DNA from: a virus | Virus record (IMG/VR): IMGVR_UViG_3300035703_000082 | Coordinates: 496-64,495 of that record | DNA length: 64,000 bases | Direction: 5' to 3' (one strand) | Part shown: positions 37,268-45,804 of the stretch, piece by piece | Layout: each line of letters begins with the position of its first letter | How positions within the stretch are numbered: position 1 is the stretch's first letter | Position numbers and translations under genes: made by a program | The notes under the pieces: generated by a model | Seen by the model: the letters and a program-made list of their open reading frames with translations, nothing else | Database searches by the model: none | Told to the model about the DNA's origin: nothing

Positions 37268-38821
37268 TTAGTAGTACGCTACTTTTCTAAAACTGCGAAA
37301 CTCCGGGGGGTCATCGGGCGCGTCTGACGGCAAGCCAATGAACCCGCCCATGCGCAGGCGCATCAGCGCCTGTATGCACGTATCCACGTAGTCGTCGTGC
37401 TCCCCGGCAGGGAACGCAGCGACTTCCTCAATGACTTCCTTTGCCCACCTAGTGTCCGGTGCCCACACACGCCCCGACACAAAGATGTCCGATACGGAGT
37501 TCAACCGCGCCGTCTTGTCTGACTTCGTCCCAACCTTGCCTCTGGAAGGCGAAAACTCCGACACCGGCACACCCGTGGCCCGCAGCTCCTGTATCAGCGG
37601 AGCGCCGGCAGCCTTCTTCTCGATCAGGCACGTGTCCGGCTGCCACTCCTTGTAGTACTCCAACGCCCGTTTCTTCAGCTCGGGGAACGTCCAGCGGTAC
37701 TTGATAGCGTCGAGCAGGATGATGTGCGCGTTGTTGTTGTCGTCCTCGTTGAACCACACGCCCCACGTGGTACATGCGCTGTAGTCGGCAGCGGTCTTCG
37801 TCTCGTGCGCCGTGTCCCACGACTGGATGATGTAGTCGCACTTGGGCGGGCGCTCGCGCTCCCATACCTGCCAGTGCTCGCGGCGGATGAGCGCGGCCAC
37901 CTCGCTCGTGGGGTTCTGCTGGTACTGCGCCTGCCAGAAGCGCGGGTCCATGCCCGCCCGCTTGGCCTGGAGCTGCTCCAGCGGCCACTGCCCGGGCCAC
38001 AGGCTCTTCTCCTCGTCGGTGTTCTCGTTGAGGATGGCGGGCAGCTCGACGATCTCCCAAGGCGTGGCGTCGGGGTTCTTGATCTGGTGGCTGATCAACT
38101 GGCCGGTGAGGTCGATCTGCGACCACCGCGTCATGATCACGATGATCGCCCCGTTGGGCATCAGGCGCTGCAAAGGGCCTGTCTGGAACCAGTTCCACGC
38201 CGCATCGAAGGGCGTGCGTGTGCCTGCCTTCAAGTCCTGCTCGGAGTGCGGGTCGTCAATGACGAACAGATCAGCTCCACGACCCGCGATGCTACCGCCC
38301 ACGCCAACCGCAAAATATTGACCGCCACTGGCGGTAGACCACTTGCCTGACGCTTTCTGGTCGTCGGCAACCTGCGTAGCGGGGAATATCTGGTGGTAAT
38401 CGGGCGTTTCCAGCAGGTTTCTGATACGTCGACCAAAGTCCTCCGACAAAGAGGACGTATGCGTACCCATGATGATTTTCTTCTCTGGGAAACGCCCGAG
38501 GTAGTACGACGGGAACAGAAACGACGAAAACTCCGATTTACCCATGCGAGGCGCGATGTTGATGATCACGCGCGTCTTCTCGCCCCTGACTACGGCGTCG
38601 AAAATGCTCGCCAGCTTGCGGTGATGCGGCCCTTCCTTGAACCCCGGGTAGATAGCGTGCGCGTAGCCCAGCACGCCTGTGCGTGCCGCCGAGAGCTTGG
38701 CCCGCTTCTCGCGCTCCTCCAGCAGGTCGAACAGCTCTGCCTTCTCCTTCACACTGAGCGTGGGCAGCGCCCGCTGCAGCGCGGCAGCTTCTGTGGCGGA
38801 GAGGAACGACGGCAGCTTCAC
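37268..38821 (-). CDS. terL: Terminase large subunit
   Basis: Walker A-like APRMGKS, Walker B FVIDDPH, nuclease SWDTA and HDDYVD. Confidence 0.9.
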   Translation of the reverse strand: MKLPSFLSATEAAALQRALPTLSVKEKAELFDLLEEREKRAKLSAARTGVLGYAHAIYPGFKEGPHHRKLASIFDAVVRGEKTRVIINIAPRMGKSEFSSFLFPSYYLGRFPEKKIIMGTHTSSLSEDFGRRIRNLLETPDYHQIFPATQVADDQKASGKWSTASGGQYFAVGVGGSIAGRGADLFVIDDPHSEQDLKAGTRTPFDAAWNWFQTGPLQRLMPNGAIIVIMTRWSQIDLTGQLISHQIKNPDATPWEIVELPAILNENTDEEKSLWPGQWPLEQLQAKRAGMDPRFWQAQYQQNPTSEVAALIRREHWQVWERERPPKCDYIIQSWDTAHETKTAADYSACTTWGVWFNEDDNNNAHIILLDAIKYRWTFPELKKRALEYYKEWQPDTCLIEKKAAGAPLIQELRATGVPVSEFSPSRGKVGTKSDKTARLNSVSDIFVSGRVWAPDTRWAKEVIEEVAAFPAGEHDDYVDTCIQALMRLRMGGFIGLPSDAPDDPPEFRSFRKVAYY

Positions 38822-39396
38822 GAGGGATTGGCCTCGGCGGCGACATCCGAGATGTCGGAGACATCCGTCACATCCATGAACCGCGCCAGCTTCTCCTTGA
38901 TCTTGGCGTCCAGCTCGTCGTCGTTGACCGTCGTTTTCTTGACCTCGACCCGGTCGGTGAAGAGCGCCACCTCGGTGACGCGTCCCAGCAGCTCCAGCGC
39001 CCGCAAGCGCAGGCGTGCGTCAGGGTTCTTCGTCTCCTCCAAGATCTGCGACACGGCGTAGCCACGCAGCTCCTTTGCCTGCTCCACGAACGCCCAGTCG
39101 TAGGCCGTCAGCATCCCCACAAGGTGCTGCACCGCCGGAGGCGTCTTCAGCCGCAACAAGGCGGCGTTCTGATCAGGCGTGGGGGTGGCGGTGGTGAGCG
39201 CGGTGAAGGCCTGCTGGGCCTGCGTAGCGGCTACCTGTGCGTCGGTGTTGGCGGTTGTCGGGGCCCCTACGGCGGCGAGCCAGTCGGCGGTGCCTTGCTG
39301 TGCGGCCAGGAGCTGCTCTGGCGTCGCGTCGGCCAGCGGCAGGATACCGCGTCCGTCTTCGATGGGGGGCTCGTAATCGAGTAGATGTTCCAGCAT
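38818..39396 (-). CDS. Terminase small subunit (putative)
   Basis: Likely start MLEHLL at 39396; RLRALELLG motif; directly upstream of and overlapping terL. Confidence 0.6.
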   Translation of the reverse strand: MLEHLLDYEPPIEDGRGILPLADATPEQLLAAQQGTADWLAAVGAPTTANTDAQVAATQAQQAFTALTTATPTPDQNAALLRLKTPPAVQHLVGMLTAYDWAFVEQAKELRGYAVSQILEETKNPDARLRLRALELLGRVTEVALFTDRVEVKKTTVNDDELDAKIKEKLARFMDVTDVSDISDVAAEANPS

Positions 39397-39440
39397 AGGC
39401 GCATGCGCGTGCGTGGCGGGTAGCCGGCGCAAGTGGGCGC

Positions 39441-39469
39441 AGTGTAGCCACAGGGGTTTGTTTTTGCAA
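39441..39469 (-). promoter_or_regulatory. sigma70-type promoter of the late (packaging/structural) operon
   Basis: Minus strand TTGCAA-N17-TACACT about 45 nt upstream of the terS start. Confidence 0.7.
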
Positions 39470-39493
39470 GCGCATGCACGGTATACTGCGCCC

Positions 39494-39562
39494 GCAGCGT
39501 TTCGTTGCCCTCCTGTGCGGCCTGAAGGCCGCTTTACCCCGGCCTGGAGCCGGGGTTTTTTT
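39494..39562 (+). ncRNA. Candidate small RNA
   Basis: TTGTTT-N18-TATACT upstream; hairpin gcggcc-tgaa-ggccgc; terminator follows; no ORF. Confidence 0.4.
39537..39562 (+). terminator. Intrinsic terminator
   Basis: ccccggc-ctgga-gccgggg followed by T7. Confidence 0.8.
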
Positions 39563-39589
39563 GACTGGTAATGTCAAGGATTAGACATT

Positions 39590-39700
39590 GTAGGGGGTAT
39601 TTTTGTAAAAAATTTTATAAAATTTTTATTTTAATTTTGTTTTTGTTTTTTACAAAATCGGTAATTTTTACGTTTTTTACAATTTTTGCGATTATGGTTG
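39590..39700. other. Very AT-rich, T-tract region between divergent operons (candidate pac/terminus region)
   Basis: Nearly pure A/T tracts in a GC-rich genome, next to terS. Confidence 0.45.
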
Positions 39701-39804
39701 TGGATTAGTGTTTATATTACGTCGCACTACATCGTCACAGCAGGGGTGTCCCCCGTGGGGTGGGGTCGCTGGCAGGGCACAGAACGGGTCGATTTACCCC
39801 CGTA

Positions 39805-39813
39805 TGCTACAAT
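39805..39813 (+). promoter_or_regulatory. Extended -10 early promoter
   Basis: TGcTACAAT upstream of the first rightward gene. Confidence 0.6.
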
Positions 39814-39889
39814 AGCTTCAGCGATTCGGGGTTCCGAGTCGCATCAACCGGGGGAGAAAGTCTCCCCCACTCTCTTGAAGGTAGCAATC

Positions 39890-40327
39890 ATGTCTAAGAC
39901 TCAAGTCCTCTCCCTGCAGCAGTTTGCCCACAAGCTCGGGCAGACCGTGCGGATGGTGCAATCCGCTTCCGAACCCTTCCACGCCCACTACGTCACCCTC
40001 GACGAGGCCGGCCGCAAGGCCATGCGGGACGCATGGATTCAAGCGCACCTCGAAGGCCAGGGCTATACCCCGGCCCAGGCCGAGAGCATCATGGGTGCGT
40101 CGCGCAAGGATCGGCACGCCGAGGATCAGCGCGGCTACGACCGGGCCCGGGCTGACTTCGCCTACCACGTGGTGCGCGATGCCGGCAACAACAAGGCCGA
40201 GGCAGTCGAGGTCGAGATCCCGGCGGAGCTGATCGAGGCCGCGAAGAAGCTCGCGAAGCTGGCCAATGCCTACGAGGACAGCCGCAAGCTGGCGGCGAAG
40301 GCGCTGGCGCTGGCCTTCGCGAAGTGA
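39890..40327 (+). CDS. First early protein, unknown function
   Basis: ATG at 39890 (MSKTQVLSLQQ) after GAAGG; strongly biased codons. Confidence 0.75.
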   Translation: MSKTQVLSLQQFAHKLGQTVRMVQSASEPFHAHYVTLDEAGRKAMRDAWIQAHLEGQGYTPAQAESIMGASRKDRHAEDQRGYDRARADFAYHVVRDAGNNKAEAVEVEIPAELIEAAKKLAKLANAYEDSRKLAAKALALAFAK

Positions 40328-40479
40328 GGCGGCAGCCGCGAGAGCGGCGGCACCGGGGGAGAAATTCTCCCCCATGCTGAGCGTAGCCCCTTGCGCCCTG
40401 CGGGGCGCTCGGGAGTGCGCTTGAAGCTCCCGTCGGGAGCGGCGTGCTGCAGGGCACAGCCCTGTGAAGGAGAGAGCAA

Positions 40480-40659
40480 GTGCTGAAGGAAACCCAACGT
40501 GACGCCCTGCGTGCGTTCAAGACCGAGCTGCGCCAGCGTGCGCAGGACGAGCGGGCGGCTGCCCGTCGCAAGGCACAAGCCCTGCGCGTAGCGCAGACGA
40601 AGGAAGCCCAGGTCGACGCCTGGGCGCAGGCCCTGCGCGGCGTGACGCCGCTGAAGTGA
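40480..40659 (+). CDS. Small basic helical early protein (59 aa)
   Basis: GTG start after GAAGGAGAG; hand translation VLKETQRDALRAFKTELRQ... Confidence 0.55.
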   Translation: MLKETQRDALRAFKTELRQRAQDERAAARRKAQALRVAQTKEAQVDAWAQALRGVTPLK

Positions 40660-40715
40660 CGCCGTAGGCGAAGCATCGGGGGAGAAAGTCTCCCCCATCT
40701 ACAGGAGAAAGAGTA

Positions 40716-40940
40716 ATGGCCTACTACCTCTGCATCGGCGTGGACACGCTTGATGACGCGTGCCGCTACGAGACGAAGAAAGACGCCCTCGACACCTTCC
40801 GGGATGTCGCGCAAGGGCTGGCCCGCTTCGGCCAGACCGTCTACGGGACGGTGCACATCGCAGACAAGCGCAGCGAGTGCGTCGACGAGCCCGACTTCTA
40901 CCTCCGCCTCGGTCCGCGCGGCGGCGTGCAATGCCTCTGA
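40716..40940 (+). CDS. Small early protein
   Basis: 74 aa, RBS AGGAG. Confidence 0.7.
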   Translation: MAYYLCIGVDTLDDACRYETKKDALDTFRDVAQGLARFGQTVYGTVHIADKRSECVDEPDFYLRLGPRGGVQCL

Positions 40941-40952
40941 AGGAGTGAGCAC

Positions 40953-41145
40953 CATGAACCTCAAGCAAGAAGTCCGCGCCGCCTGGGTGGCGCAAGAGAT
41001 CAAGCGCCTCTGGCCCCGAGACGGGGCCCCGCGAGCCTTCAAGACCGAGCGTCCGCCGAAAGCGGCTGCGCAGCAGCCGAAGGAACAGTCATCACGCGCA
41101 GAAGCGGCGCAGCCACCGGGGAGAATTTCTCCCCGGGAGGGTTGA
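40953..41145 (+). CDS. Small early protein
   Basis: MNLKQEVRAAW..., RBS AAGGAG. Confidence 0.55.
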
Positions 41146-41184
41146 ATTTCCGAGGGTGGGGGAGAATTTCTCCCCCATTTATTT

Positions 41185-41586
41185 GTCAAGGATTTGTCAG
41201 GGTTTACCCTTAAAAAAATGTCAAGGTTTTGACAACAGGTTGACATCTACCAACCTCTCGAATTTGCGTGCCACAACTTGCGCCGCGCTAACTCGTTGAT
41301 TTCCAAGGGCTTTTTTCATTCTTCTTCTTATCTTTATTATATATATATATATATAGAAGATAGTATTTATTTATCTATATATTTGTCTTTTTCCTTTTAT
41401 GGGAGAGAGAGAGAGAGAGATCTGTCTATGTATCGGTTTTTTGGGTCTAGTCTATGCTAGACCCCGCCTTTCCCCTTGCGCGACAACGACTTACCGTGCC
41501 ATAATCTGTGGCACGCCCGCTGGAGACCTTGGTAGCTACCACGTATGTCTAATCCTTGTCAGGGTAAACCCTGACAAATCCTTGAC
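41185..41586. repeat. Perfect 26-bp inverted repeats flanking a 350-bp AT-rich segment
   Basis: 41185-41210 gtcaaggatttgtcagggtttaccct is the exact reverse complement of 41561-41586; (AT)n and (GA)n tracts inside. Confidence 0.9.
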
Positions 41587-41614
41587 CGAAAACACTAGGA
41601 AAAAGATTCCGAAA

Positions 41615-42442
41615 ATGCAAAAAATCTGCACGCAATGCGAAAAATCCCGCCCGCTCCAGCTCTTCCGCCGCTTTTCGGGCCGGAAAAAGATCCTGCGCAC
41701 AATTTGCAACGTCTGCGACCCTCCGCGCACGCTCCGGCAGATGACGCCCGCTCAGCGGGTGCAGGAAGTCCACTATGGCCGCGCCAATCCGCTGGTTGTC
41801 TCCAGCATGGCTGCGCTTGAGCGGGCGCAGCGTTACGGGATCGAGGTCTCGGGGCGCAGCGCCCGGGTGCAGGCCGGTCTGCGCCGTCGTGCATGGGAAG
41901 CGGCCATCCTGGGCCCGCTTGCGCGGGAGATAGCCTGGGCTGAAGCGCTAGATGCCCGCTACGGGCATCAGATGGCCCTCTGGGCCGATCCTGGCCCGCG
42001 CCAAGGGGGTGGCCTACACCCCGACCTTGCAGCGCCTTGGCGGGCCTTTACGCAAGCCTACGCGCATCTTCTGCGGCGCATGTTGGGCGACGCTCGTGCC
42101 GAGCTTGCCCGTGTCGCGCTCGGCACGAGCGAGCTGACTCCCCGTTTTCAGCGGGGGGCTGCGCAGCAGCCCACGGGTCTACGCCCAGGGCGCGGCCCGC
42201 GCCCACGCAACCCCACGCCAGAGCAGGCAGACCCCTGCACTTACGCCCTGGCCCACGAGATCGGGCGTCTACGACGCCTGTACGCAGCCTGTCAGCCCAT
42301 CCCGGGCAGGCGGGCACCCCGCAGCCCCTGGCTGCTGTCCTGGGGGGACACCAGTCCCCCGTCCTCAACGGGGGAGAAAACCTCCCCCAAATTCCCGGGC
42401 GCATCCGCGCCTGACTCAACCCCGAAAGGAAAGCAATCATGA
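41615..42442 (+). CDS. Protein with N-terminal CxxC...CxxC zinc ribbon
   Basis: Likely start MQKICTQCEK...CNVCD; AGGA upstream. Confidence 0.55.
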   Translation: MQKICTQCEKSRPLQLFRRFSGRKKILRTICNVCDPPRTLRQMTPAQRVQEVHYGRANPLVVSSMAALERAQRYGIEVSGRSARVQAGLRRRAWEAAILGPLAREIAWAEALDARYGHQMALWADPGPRQGGGLHPDLAAPWRAFTQAYAHLLRRMLGDARAELARVALGTSELTPRFQRGAAQQPTGLRPGRGPRPRNPTPEQADPCTYALAHEIGRLRRLYAACQPIPGRRAPRSPWLLSWGDTSPPSSTGEKTSPKFPGASAPDSTPKGKQS

Positions 42443-43044
42443 AGACCAAGACCAACTCCTCCCCCTCCGCCAAGCCCACCCGCGCCGACCTCCGTGCTGC
42501 GCTCACCAGCGCCAGCGATTACACGTTGCGCAGTCTCAGCCGCGTGCACACCCTGTCGGCACTGGCTCCGCTGCTGCTGACGCACCCCTTGGTGCTGCGT
42601 ACCTACCGCACGCTCAGCAGCGCCCTGCCTGCCGGCCAGGGCCCGTGGGTCGACATCAGCCAGACGGCGGACAGTGTGCGGTTCGGTGCGACGCTGTACG
42701 AGCTGGACTCGTTCAAGGACGAGTGCTTGCTGCAGGCTCTGGAGCCCTTCGCGGATGCTGCCGACACCTGGGTGGCGGACTCCACCGACTGGACGTACAG
42801 CGCCCGACCCAACCGGGACTACAGCTTCGTGCAGCGTGTCGAGCTGGACCCGTACCTCTCCCCCATGCCTGCGCCTCTGCGCCGTGCGCTCTTGCGTGCT
42901 GGTGACTTGGCCCCGCAGGCGTTCGACCTGCGCGTGGTGGTCTGCGCCTACGTGAAGACGGACAGCCCGCTGTGCCGCGTCGTGGTCAAGGGCATCGAGG
43001 AGAAGATCGTCAGGGAGGAGATCAAGGAGATTGTGTGCGCCTGA
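42439..43044 (+). CDS. Early protein, unknown function
   Basis: 201 aa, RBS AAGGA. Confidence 0.7.
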   Translation: MKTKTNSSPSAKPTRADLRAALTSASDYTLRSLSRVHTLSALAPLLLTHPLVLRTYRTLSSALPAGQGPWVDISQTADSVRFGATLYELDSFKDECLLQALEPFADAADTWVADSTDWTYSARPNRDYSFVQRVELDPYLSPMPAPLRRALLRAGDLAPQAFDLRVVVCAYVKTDSPLCRVVVKGIEEKIVREEIKEIVCA

Positions 43045-43097
43045 TCGGCGCGTAGCGTGTGGGGGAGAGGTTCTCCCCCGTCTTTGAAGGAGTTGAC

Positions 43098-43172
43098 GTG
43101 ACCACCGACGACAAGCTGCTGCTCGCAGCGTACACGCTCATCGCAGCCCTGCTCATGCTGGGCATCATCTGA
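43098..43172 (+). CDS. 24-aa hydrophobic peptide
   Basis: GTG after GAAGGAG; VTTDDKLLLAAYTLIAALLMLGII. Confidence 0.5.
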   Translation: MTTDDKLLLAAYTLIAALLMLGII

Positions 43173-43191
43173 AACTGAAAGGAGAGAAGCA

Positions 43192-43365
43192 ATGAACGGA
43201 TACATCGCGTTTTACAAGGGCCGACAGATCGAGGTCCGTGCCGATACTGCCTACGAGGCGCAGCAGAAGGCAGCCGCCCTGTTCAAGGCACGCAAGTCCT
43301 ACGAGGTCACCGTAGTCCTGGCCGAGAAGGACGGCCAGCAAGCGGTGCACAACCCGTCGTTCTGA
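43192..43365 (+). CDS. Small early protein (57 aa)
   Basis: MNGYIAFYKGRQIEVRADTAYEAQQKAA...; RBS AAGGAG. Confidence 0.7.
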   Translation: MNGYIAFYKGRQIEVRADTAYEAQQKAAALFKARKSYEVTVVLAEKDGQQAVHNPSF

Positions 43366-43378
43366 AAGGAGAGAAGAC

Positions 43379-43480
43379 ATGCCATCCTGGCACCAACTCA
43401 AGGCAGGGCTTCCCAAGCTCAGCCACCCTACGCAGTGGTCGAGCTACAACCCGACCCGCCCGACGGGCCCGAAGGACTGA
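43379..43480 (+). CDS. 33-aa ORF
   Basis: RBS AAGGAG then MPSWHQLKAGLPKL...; short. Confidence 0.35.
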   Translation: MPSWHQLKAGLPKLSHPTQWSSYNPTRPTGPKD

Positions 43481-43481
43481 C

Positions 43482-43766
43482 ATGACCGCCAAGACCCAAC
43501 CCATCACCAGCATCGACTACGCAGGGCGTACCTGCGCCTTGCGCACCTCCGGCGGCACCGCCGTCGGCCAGGGCTTCGTTGCGCTGTCCCACAGGGGCGA
43601 GCGCTGGGTGATCACCGGGGGCCGTGCTCCCCACAAGGAGAGCAGCAGCGGCAAGGTGTGGGCCATGCCCTACCCGGGCGGCTACCCCGAGTCCGAGTTC
43701 TTCCCCGGGGTCTTCGACCTCGTGTGGGTGCCATCAACGCCCGCCAAGACCCAGGCCCACGCCTGA
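43482..43766 (+). CDS. Early protein, unknown function
   Basis: 94 aa, AAGGA upstream. Confidence 0.6.
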   Translation: MTAKTQPITSIDYAGRTCALRTSGGTAVGQGFVALSHRGERWVITGGRAPHKESSSGKVWAMPYPGGYPESEFFPGVFDLVWVPSTPAKTQAHA

Positions 43767-43865
43767 TACCAACCCGGGGGAGAAGTTCTCCCCCATCAAC
43801 CCGTCGCCGCTGCGGCCCAGCGGCAGCTTGCCCTGCAACGCAGGGCGTTCCAAGGAGAGAGCATC

Positions 43866-44276
43866 ATGTTCGACATCAACACCGCCATCAACACCGCCAT
43901 CGCTGCCGCCGTGGCCGAGGCCACCAAGCCCCTGATCGAGCGCATCGCTACGCTGGAGGCGCAGCTCGCGCAGGCTACGCCTGCTCCGCAGGTGGGGGAG
44001 GCGGTGTCCGCCTACCTCGACAACGCCGAGTCCTTCTGGCACCGCATCGAGTGCTTCGTGCAGACGCGCACGGCGGACGCCGTGGACAAAGCGGTGGCCG
44101 ATGCCATCGACGCCCATCTGGAGGACGCCGGTCACCTCGACGAGGACGACATCGACACCAAGATCGAAGAGGCCATCGAGCGCCACGAGGAGAACAATAC
44201 GCACGGCGACAACGACGACATCGAGGAGATCGTCCAGAGGCTGCTGAACAGCGCAAGCATCAGCATCACCGTCTGA
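43866..44276 (+). CDS. Highly acidic helical early protein
   Basis: 136 aa, about 29 D/E versus 8 K/R by hand count; RBS AAGGAG. Confidence 0.75.
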   Translation: MFDINTAINTAIAAAVAEATKPLIERIATLEAQLAQATPAPQVGEAVSAYLDNAESFWHRIECFVQTRTADAVDKAVADAIDAHLEDAGHLDEDDIDTKIEEAIERHEENNTHGDNDDIEEIVQRLLNSASISITV

Positions 44277-44302
44277 CCTGCTCACGCAGGTCCAGGAACC
44301 CC

Positions 44303-44343
44303 TTCCCACAGGTTCGGGAACCTGATATAGTCAAACCTTTGAC
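44303..44343 (+). promoter_or_regulatory. sigma70 promoter overlapped by two palindromic operators
   Basis: TTCCCA-N17-TATAGT with TGn extension; CAGGTT-N4-AACCTG in the spacer; GTCAA-ACCT-TTGAC over the -10/start site. Confidence 0.7.
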
Positions 44344-44426
44344 AGACCCGGGGGAGACTTTCTCCCCCACCCGTCGCCCCTGCGGTCCAGGGGCACGCAT
44401 GCTGCACCGCAGCAAGGAGAGAAGCA

Positions 44427-45419
44427 ATGGCTCACGAAATCATGATCAAGAACGGTGTCGCTCAGTACGCCTCCACTCAACGCGAGTGGCACGGGCTGGG
44501 GGCACTCATGCAGCCCAACCAGCCCATCGAAACTTGGGCGCGAGACGCAGGCATGGACTACAAGGTCCAGCGTGCCTACCCCCGCTACGCGGTGGAGCGC
44601 ATCGAGCCCGACGCCGTGTACATCCCCGCGCACAAGCTGCGCCAAGTCGACGACAAGGTCGTGCTCTTCCGCTCGGACACCCACGCTCCCCTGGGCGTGG
44701 TCAGCGACGGCTACAAGGTCGTGCAGCCGAGGGAAGTCCTCGACTTCTTCCGCGAGTGGGCCGAGGCCGGCGGACTCACCATCGAGTCGGCAGGCGTGCT
44801 GTTCGGGGGCAAGCGCTACTTCGCAACTGCGAAGCTCGCAGACGGTGTCTGCGTGGACGGGTCCAAGGACAAGCTCGTGCCCTACGCGCTGCTGTCGACC
44901 TCTGCCGATGGCTCGCTGGCTACCGAGGGTCGCTGGACGACGGTGCGTGTGGTGTGCAACAACACCCTGCGCATGGCCCGGGAGGGGGCTACTGCCTTCC
45001 GCGTGACGCATCGCTCGGAGTGGAAGCCCGAGAAGTTCCAGGCCGTCATCGAGCAGGCGCAAGCCGAGTTCGGCACGTTCATGGAGACGACGCGCAAGCT
45101 CGCCGCCATCCGGGTCGAGTCCAAGCTGGCCGAGGAGATGACCGTGGCGCTCTTCAAGAAGGGCACCGAGACCGATGCCGACAAGGTGCGCGAGTCCCGT
45201 GGCTTCGCCTCTGTCATGTCCCTGTTCGCCGGGGCCGGCAAGGGTGCGATGCTGGAGACATCGCGCGGTACGGCCTGGGGCTGGCTGAACGCCGTCACGG
45301 AGCACGTTGACCACCATGTCCGCGCACGCTCGGACGAGAACCGCACCGCCTCGGCCCTCTGGGGCCCGGGCGACGCCCTGAAGCAGCAGGCTGTGGAGAT
45401 TGCCCTGGCTGCGGCGTGA
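44427..45419 (+). CDS. DUF932 / TIGR03299-like phage-plasmid protein
   Basis: WHGLG, VLFRSDT..PLG.VS..YKVVQ, T.VRVVCNNTL, GTAWGWLNAVTEH.DH. Confidence 0.85.
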   Translation: MAHEIMIKNGVAQYASTQREWHGLGALMQPNQPIETWARDAGMDYKVQRAYPRYAVERIEPDAVYIPAHKLRQVDDKVVLFRSDTHAPLGVVSDGYKVVQPREVLDFFREWAEAGGLTIESAGVLFGGKRYFATAKLADGVCVDGSKDKLVPYALLSTSADGSLATEGRWTTVRVVCNNTLRMAREGATAFRVTHRSEWKPEKFQAVIEQAQAEFGTFMETTRKLAAIRVESKLAEEMTVALFKKGTETDADKVRESRGFASVMSLFAGAGKGAMLETSRGTAWGWLNAVTEHVDHHVRARSDENRTASALWGPGDALKQQAVEIALAAA

Positions 45420-45445
45420 GCCGCTGCGCACGCGCAGCACAACCC

Positions 45446-45467
45446 GGGGGCTACGGCCCCCTTTTTC
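45446..45467 (+). terminator. Intrinsic terminator
   Basis: gggggc-tacg-gccccc followed by T5. Confidence 0.7.
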
Positions 45468-45488
45468 ATCCCTGAAAGGAGCATCACC

Positions 45489-45791
45489 ATGAACACCCAG
45501 TCCACCATCCTGACCTCCGCCGTCGACCGGCTGGCCGACATCAAGGCGCAGATCGCTGCGCTCCAGGCCGAGGAGGCCGAGCTGAAGCAGTTCCTCATCG
45601 ACTCGGGCGAGCCCGTGATCACGGGCAGCAAGCACCGCGCCACCGTGTCCCTGTGCGACGGGCGGGCCGTCACCGACTGGTGCGCCATCGCCATGCGCTT
45701 CGAGCCCTCGCGCCAGCTCATCACCGCCCACACCAAGGTGGGCGAGCCGTTCCACACCGTGCGCCTGTCGGCACACAAGACCAGCAAGTGA
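45489..45791 (+). CDS. Small coiled-coil protein
   Basis: 100 aa, RBS AAGGAG; DRLADIKAQIAAL. Confidence 0.7.
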   Translation: MNTQSTILTSAVDRLADIKAQIAALQAEEAELKQFLIDSGEPVITGSKHRATVSLCDGRAVTDWCAIAMRFEPSRQLITAHTKVGEPFHTVRLSAHKTSK

Positions 45792-45804
45792 AAGGAGAAG
45801 CAGC

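Noticed and set aside
39686-39889. N-terminal extension of the 39686-40327 ORF
   Set aside because: It spans the promoter and palindrome; the RBS and codon bias support a start at 39890
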